DNA of 64,000 nucleotides from an uncultured Gemmatimonas sp. (GTDB lineage Bacteria; Gemmatimonadota; Gemmatimonadetes; Gemmatimonadales; GWC2-71-9): NCBI GenBank assembly GCA_964619465.1, contig CAZUES010000001.1, positions 123,440 to 187,439 of the forward strand, read 5' to 3'. Shown piece by piece: positions 59,161 to 64,000 of this stretch (position 1 is its first letter; each line of letters starts with the position of its first letter). The notes under the pieces were generated by a model. It saw only the letters and a program-made list of their open reading frames with translations, ran no database searches and was not told where the DNA came from. The position numbers and the translations under genes were made by a program.

Positions 59161-60665
59161 CGTCGCAAGCCGCTGCACCTGCTGGTGGTAAGCTGGCTGT
59201 CAATGCGCTGATCTACGGACTGGCAACCGTGCTCAGCCGGGCGGCCTCGCTCATCATGCTTCCCATCTATACCCGCCTCCTCTCGCCGGCGGATTACGGG
59301 CTGCTGCATTTTCTCGACCTGATGGTTGAAGTCGCCATCATTCTCGTCAGCGCCGGGATGACGATGGGGGTGCTCCGCTTCTACTTCAAAGCGACCACCG
59401 ACCAGGAACGAAATGAGGTTCTGGTCAGCGCATTCGTGCTGCAACTCGGCCTGGATGCCGTTGCCACGTTGCTCGTGGTGCTCGCCGCCGGTCCGATCAG
59501 TGCCCACGCCATGGGCGGGGCCGCGACGCCGGGAATGATCGTTCTGGCCGGTGTCAACATCACGGTCGGCTCGCTGGCCGTGGTGCCGTTGCTCAAACTG
59601 CAGGCGGACCAGCGCGCCACGGCATATATGGCCGTTTCGCTGACCAAGCTGCTGCTGCAGCTCAGTCTCAACATCCTGCTTCTGGTCGGCTTCAACATGG
59701 GCCCGATCGGGATTCTCTGGAGCAATTTCGTAAGCAGTCTGATCGTCGGAGTGGCCACCTCGATCTGGATGTTGAGCCAGACAGGGCTGACGGTCACGCG
59801 CCCGGCGCTCCGCAACCTTCGGCGGTTCGGCGTGCCATATCAGTTCATGGCGGCAGGGTCGTTCATCCTGGCATTTGGTGATCGCTTCGTACTCGAACCG
59901 GTTGCCGGGCTAGCGGTTGTCGGGATCTATTCCCTGGCGTACCAGTTCGGGATGCTCGCCTCGGCGCTGGCGGCGGCGCCGTTTCTCCGGGCCTGGAACC
60001 CGATCCGGTTTCAGCAGGCGTCGGCTCCGCTCGAAGAGCGGGACGCCGAGGCCGATCGAGGCTTTCGTCACCTGAATCTCGTGACCGTGTCGCTGGCCGT
60101 GGCGATTGCCCTTTTTGTCAGACCGCTGTTGCTGGTGATGTCCGACCCGGGCTACCATGGTGCCGTTGTACTCGTTCCGGTGATTCTCTTTGCCTATCAA
60201 CTCCAGACCTGGACGGAAGCGGCTCGTTTCGGCATCGATGTGTCGGAACAGACCCGCTATGCCAGCTACGCCGTATGGATCTCGGCGGTGGTTTGCATCG
60301 TGTTCTATCTCCTGTTGATACCGCCGTTCGGCGCTATGGGAGCGGCAGCGGCCACCGTACTGGCGTTTTGGGTGCGCTTCCAGCTGACCTATCGCTGGGC
60401 ACAGCGGCTTTTCCCGATTGCGTATCGATGGGCGCCGAATCTCAAGTTGCTATTGCTTGCCGCGCTGGCGGTGGTCCCGGTCCTGGCATTCCAGGTGGAT
60501 GGTCTGATCGCCGCTGTTGTGATCGGAACGATCGGCGCGGTGGCCTATCTTGTCGTGGGATGGCATTTCGTCGTGGTCGACGAGGATCGGGCGTGGATCC
60601 GGCAGGCCGTTTTGGCGGCACCGCAAGCCATCCGCCGGCGATTCCGGCTGGCCCGCGCCGTCTAA
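59157..60665 (+). CDS. polysaccharide flippase (Wzx/MOP superfamily)
   Basis: About 14 predicted TM helices. 'LSRAASLIMLPIYTRLLSPADYG' is the typical N-terminus of polysaccharide biosynthesis (PST) proteins. GTGA overlap with the upstream stop. Confidence 0.75.
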   Translation: MTSQAAAPAGGKLAVNALIYGLATVLSRAASLIMLPIYTRLLSPADYGLLHFLDLMVEVAIILVSAGMTMGVLRFYFKATTDQERNEVLVSAFVLQLGLDAVATLLVVLAAGPISAHAMGGAATPGMIVLAGVNITVGSLAVVPLLKLQADQRATAYMAVSLTKLLLQLSLNILLLVGFNMGPIGILWSNFVSSLIVGVATSIWMLSQTGLTVTRPALRNLRRFGVPYQFMAAGSFILAFGDRFVLEPVAGLAVVGIYSLAYQFGMLASALAAAPFLRAWNPIRFQQASAPLEERDAEADRGFRHLNLVTVSLAVAIALFVRPLLLVMSDPGYHGAVVLVPVILFAYQLQTWTEAARFGIDVSEQTRYASYAVWISAVVCIVFYLLLIPPFGAMGAAAATVLAFWVRFQLTYRWAQRLFPIAYRWAPNLKLLLLAALAVVPVLAFQVDGLIAAVVIGTIGAVAYLVVGWHFVVVDEDRAWIRQAVLAAPQAIRRRFRLARAV

Positions 60666-61561
60666 CGTGTCAACAGCCCGGCAAGCCGCATTCGGAAGCC
60701 GTCGAGCGAGAGACCGACCGGGACATTGAACCGGGGCAGGTCGAACCCAATTGTCCTGTCGGTCATCCATCCTCCATCCACGCGGAACCCGGCCTCGTAC
60801 CCCTCGGCCTGTGCGATCTCATGGGCCGCTTGATTTGACAGACCATACGGCCAGGTAATCCACGGACGGGCCGCGCCCCCCGCGTGCTTCGCAAGCCACT
60901 GCCGGGTACGGGTAAGCTCCTCGCGGAGATCCTCCGGTTCGAGCGTCCTGACATTGGGGTGGCTCCAGGTGTGGCTTGCGAGGGTAATGATTCCCGAGGC
61001 GACCGCCGCGTCCAATGCGGCGCTGGTGCACGACACGCAAGGCCCCTCCTGCTCTTGCCAGGGTGTCCCGGTAGTGGTTGCCCAGTGGTGCGCAGCGTCC
61101 GTTCGCCCCTGACAGATCGTCAGTACGTACTCGCGGGTTGCAGCGGAAAGGCCCGTGGCCGGGTCGGCGAGTCCGTCCCACCAGAAGGTTTTCCCGTCGA
61201 CCATGCCCGGCGCGGCAAAGAACGTTGCCGGCAAGCCGCGCTGGGCGAGTTCGGTCACGCCGAGCTTCACCGCACCCTGGTAGCAGTCATCGAACGTGAT
61301 GGCGACTCGCGGCCGGCTGTGGCTTGCGGAGATGTCGAACGCTGCATCGAGCGGCACCACGTCGCAGGTCGACTGCAACTCGTCGAGCTGTGCCGCAAAC
61401 CGGGAACGGGGAAGGTGGAGCGATCGATCGCCGGCTGGCGGGTAGTCGTCGGGCACGATGTTGTGGTAGGCGAGGATCAGGGCGCCCGATCGACGCGTGC
61501 GCAGGTAGCTGAGCAGGCCGCTCGCGACGGCCGCGCGCTCGACAATGCGCTTGAGCCTCAC
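60662..61561 (-). CDS. polysaccharide deacetylase (CE4/NodB domain)
   Basis: 'ILAYHNIV', 'VAITFDDCYQG' (TFDD motif), 'ATFF', 'LASHTWSHP'. Confidence 0.85.
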   Translation of the reverse strand: MRLKRIVERAAVASGLLSYLRTRRSGALILAYHNIVPDDYPPAGDRSLHLPRSRFAAQLDELQSTCDVVPLDAAFDISASHSRPRVAITFDDCYQGAVKLGVTELAQRGLPATFFAAPGMVDGKTFWWDGLADPATGLSAATREYVLTICQGRTDAAHHWATTTGTPWQEQEGPCVSCTSAALDAAVASGIITLASHTWSHPNVRTLEPEDLREELTRTRQWLAKHAGGAARPWITWPYGLSNQAAHEIAQAEGYEAGFRVDGGWMTDRTIGFDLPRFNVPVGLSLDGFRMRLAGLLTR

Positions 61562-62742
61562 GGCGCTCGCTCTGCTTCGGATCCACCGACGATCGGCGCG
61601 GGTGGCGAGGTCCAGGTCGTTCTCGGCGTCTCACCGGCATAGAGCGCTTCGTATTGGGCGGTCATCGCCCTGGCGCTGTACCGCGCGTCGAACAGGGCGC
61701 GCGCCGCATGCGCATAGGTGGCCCGCCGTTTTGGATCGTGCCAGAGTCGTTCGATGGCGTTGGCCAGTGCGGTCGGGTCGGCCGGCGGCACCAGCGAGGC
61801 CGATTCGCCGTCGGTTACTGTCCCGGGGATGCCGCCGACTGCCGTCGACACAATCGGACAGCGTGCCGCCATGGCTTCGAGAATGACCATGGGAAGCCCC
61901 TCCCAGACCGAGGACAGCGTGAAGATGTCGAAGCTGCGGAGCAACTCGTGGTAGTCGAGCCGTTCGCCGACGAATCGGACCTGGGACTGGACGCCGAGTC
62001 GGCGGGTTTGGGCTTCGAGGTCGGAGCGTCGCTCGCCGTCTCCGACGATCAGCAGGACCAGGTCGGGGAGTCGGGTCTGCAGTTGCGCCACCGCATCGAT
62101 CAGATAGTGGTGGGCCTTCTGGTCGACCAGGCGCGCACCGACGCCGATGATCGGCCCCTTCCCGGACAGGTCGAGCTCGTGGCGCTTAGCTTCGCGATCG
62201 AAGGGCAGGTCGAACGGCAGCGGATCGATGCCGTTGACGATGGTCATCAGCTTCCGTCGTGGAATCCACTCATATCGGTGCAGGGCTTCGGTAGTGTGGT
62301 CTGAAACGCCGACGATTTTCCGGGCGCCCCACGACATGACATGTTCGAAGACGTGCTGCTTCATCGCATCGGGCCAATTCCGCGCATGGTCCGTGTGGAT
62401 GTGCCTCGGAAAAAAAGAGAGGAAGCGGGCCAGTCCGCCGTTGACCATGGCCTCGGTATTGTGCGTATGAATCACGTCGATTCGCCGCTCGCGGAGATAC
62501 CGGGCAATCTTGACGAACGAAAAGTAGTCCGGACGATCAGGTGGCAGCTCGACGACGTCGACCGGGATTCCCATTCCGCGCAGCTCTTCTCCAAATGCGC
62601 CGAGCAAGCGCATGCAGATGACGGAGGGCTCGAACCGATCCTTGTCGACCGTTTTGGCGATGGTTGCAGCAACCCGCTCGAGCCCGCCGACCCCCAGATT
62701 CTGGGTGATCTGCGCGACCCGGATTTTCCTGCGGGCGCTCAC
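61558..62742 (-). CDS. GT4 (group 1) glycosyltransferase
   Basis: 'IRVAQITQNLGVGGLERV' and 'SVWEGLPMVILEAMAARCPIVSTAVGGIP' (EX7E region). Its stop overlaps the downstream deacetylase gene's start codon (ATGA-type overlap at 61558-61561). Confidence 0.88.
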   Translation of the reverse strand: MSARRKIRVAQITQNLGVGGLERVAATIAKTVDKDRFEPSVICMRLLGAFGEELRGMGIPVDVVELPPDRPDYFSFVKIARYLRERRIDVIHTHNTEAMVNGGLARFLSFFPRHIHTDHARNWPDAMKQHVFEHVMSWGARKIVGVSDHTTEALHRYEWIPRRKLMTIVNGIDPLPFDLPFDREAKRHELDLSGKGPIIGVGARLVDQKAHHYLIDAVAQLQTRLPDLVLLIVGDGERRSDLEAQTRRLGVQSQVRFVGERLDYHELLRSFDIFTLSSVWEGLPMVILEAMAARCPIVSTAVGGIPGTVTDGESASLVPPADPTALANAIERLWHDPKRRATYAHAARALFDARYSARAMTAQYEALYAGETPRTTWTSPPAPIVGGSEAERAP

Positions 62743-62773
62743 GCGCCGACTCCGCGCCGGAGAACCGATCGTG

Positions 62774-63991
62774 TCACTGCGTGGCCTTGCCGGCCAGGTC
62801 CGCTTCGATCAACGGGCGGATCCTGGCCTCGATGTACGAAGCGAGCAGACGGTTTCCGGCAGGCGTCAGATGGCAGTAGTCCGTGAAAATCTGTTCGGTT
62901 GCCTCGCCGTAGATACGGGTGGCATCGATGAAATGGCCACCTGCCTGCTGCACCGTCCGGGATACGGTGTCCGTTATCCACGGCACTGCCCGCTGCATGA
63001 ACGCCTCGTAGTTCGGCAAATATGACGACACGTTGTAGTCGAACAACTCCCGTTCGACTCCCTGGAGACCCGCCCGGTCTCGTTCCAGGATCAGGAGTGG
63101 TTGATGAATCTCGACCGGGATCACGCCCGCAGCGCGTGCGATCAGCGTGCTCCGCTGGATCATCGACAGGGCGTTCTCGGGGAATACGCGCTGCAGCTTG
63201 CCGAGTTCCACCTCCGGGTCGAGCGGCTTGCGCTCGCCCTGGCGGCGGAACAGGGCGGCTACTTTGCGCAGCTCGCGCGTCATCAGGTGGACGAAAGCGC
63301 TCTTACGGTACAGCCACCAGAAGTTCTGAAAGGCCAGCGATCCGAGCGTCGGGTCGCCCATGATTCGAGATGACTGTTCGCCGTAGGCGTAGCTGGCGAA
63401 TTGGTCGTGACCATCACCCGTGAAATAGAAATCGTTGAACCCGTCCATGAACAGGATCATGTCCGGCTGGTATCGCAGAATCCGCTGATTCAAATAGATC
63501 AGATTGTGATGGGTCCAGGTGCTCGTGATTGCCGCATTGATAACCTCGACCCGGACTCCAGGAAAAGCGTCGGCCAGTGACTGCTCCAGATATGCGTCGA
63601 TCGTGGTGGAGTTGTCGATCACCTCGAAGTCGCGCTGAATCTGGGGCCACAGCCCGCCCAGGCCGTACGCTGTGGAAGCGCCCATCAGAAAGATCCGATA
63701 GGTGCCGTCCGCCTTTTCGATGGGTACCTCGCTCGAACGCCGGAATCCGACCGAGTTGTGCCGGATGCCGCGTGTGTCGACGTAGTTCGGTGTCGGCAGA
63801 ATGTTTTTGTACGGGTCGAAGGCGTACTGAATCAGGTTCTTGCCGTCGTAGCCCCGGGTGGCCTTGAGGTAAAAATGCGCACCGATCTCGAGGAGCCCGA
63901 TGAACACCCCAAGAATCACCAGCAGGAAGAGGCCCGCTTTCCATGGGCGGAGCGCAGGGGTGTTCTGGGTAGCCGCGACGGGTGGTGTCAT
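62774..63991 (-). CDS. membrane-anchored SGNH/GDSL-like hydrolase/acyltransferase, paralogue 3
   Basis: N-terminal TM 'AGLFLLVILGVFIGLLEIG', 'HNSVGFRRSS', 'YRIFLMGASTAYG' (block I), 'DYCHLT' (block V). A further minus-strand gene appears to end at ~63988 (ATGA overlap) but is outside the window. Confidence 0.65.
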   Translation of the reverse strand: MTPPVAATQNTPALRPWKAGLFLLVILGVFIGLLEIGAHFYLKATRGYDGKNLIQYAFDPYKNILPTPNYVDTRGIRHNSVGFRRSSEVPIEKADGTYRIFLMGASTAYGLGGLWPQIQRDFEVIDNSTTIDAYLEQSLADAFPGVRVEVINAAITSTWTHHNLIYLNQRILRYQPDMILFMDGFNDFYFTGDGHDQFASYAYGEQSSRIMGDPTLGSLAFQNFWWLYRKSAFVHLMTRELRKVAALFRRQGERKPLDPEVELGKLQRVFPENALSMIQRSTLIARAAGVIPVEIHQPLLILERDRAGLQGVERELFDYNVSSYLPNYEAFMQRAVPWITDTVSRTVQQAGGHFIDATRIYGEATEQIFTDYCHLTPAGNRLLASYIEARIRPLIEADLAGKATQ

Positions 63992-64000
63992 GACGGCGTT

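Noticed and set aside
1..64000. Mobile elements, CRISPR arrays, tRNA/rRNA genes and prophage or integrase genes.
   Set aside because: I recognised no transposase, integrase or Cas proteins in any ORF, no short regularly spaced direct repeats and no tRNA-like cloverleaf regions in the intergenic gaps. This is an eye scan only; tRNAscan-SE, Infernal and ISfinder should confirm it.

Overview
GC-rich bacterial chromosomal window. The gene content (ECF sigma paired with a Ser/Thr kinase, CarboxypepD_reg-type TonB-dependent receptor, XrtA/PEP-CTERM-locus marker genes) suggests a Gemmatimonadota- or Acidobacteriota-like organism, but that is inference only. I saw no rRNA, tRNA, CRISPR array or IS element by eye.

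Layout:
- 1-2 kb: partial DUF853/HerA-like NTPase and mscL.
- 2-9.8 kb, minus strand: ECF sigma, TPR Ser/Thr kinase, Gly-rich beta-helix lipoprotein, then a lipoprotein whose N-terminal half looks like a cholesterol-dependent-cytolysin (CDC/MACPF) pore-forming module fused to a 7-repeat FG-GAP propeller. This is my top candidate for an undescribed system.
- 9.9-10.5 kb: MazEF-type toxin-antitoxin pair with a perfect palindromic operator.
- 10.6-18 kb: housekeeping genes (tyrS, PBP1A, amidohydrolase, HNH nuclease, asnB).
- 18-23 kb, minus strand: four translationally coupled genes (histidine kinase, sigma-54 activator, Omp85-like barrel with a bactofilin-like N-domain, secreted protein).
- 23-64 kb: a very large exopolysaccharide locus. 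It contains a TonB-dependent-receptor-like barrel plus lipoprotein; PEP-CTERM-locus-type deacetylase, FemAB, DegT and a glycosyltransferase (GT); two giant Big_2-repeat lipoproteins sharing a ~720-bp near-identical 3' module that includes the terminator; and a 17-gene plus-strand array (GT2, carbamoyltransferase/SxtJ/DUF5989-like, MBOAT, SGNH x2, GNAT-ACP-FkbH-ATP-grasp, a GT2-dehydrogenase fusion, Wzy/WaaL-like protein, acyltransferase-3, flippase). Three minus-strand genes follow (CE4 deacetylase, GT4, SGNH).

A 16-bp palindrome, GTTGCG-N4-CGCAAC, recurs in three operon-leading intergenic regions. All family assignments come from motif recognition by eye; no searches were run.
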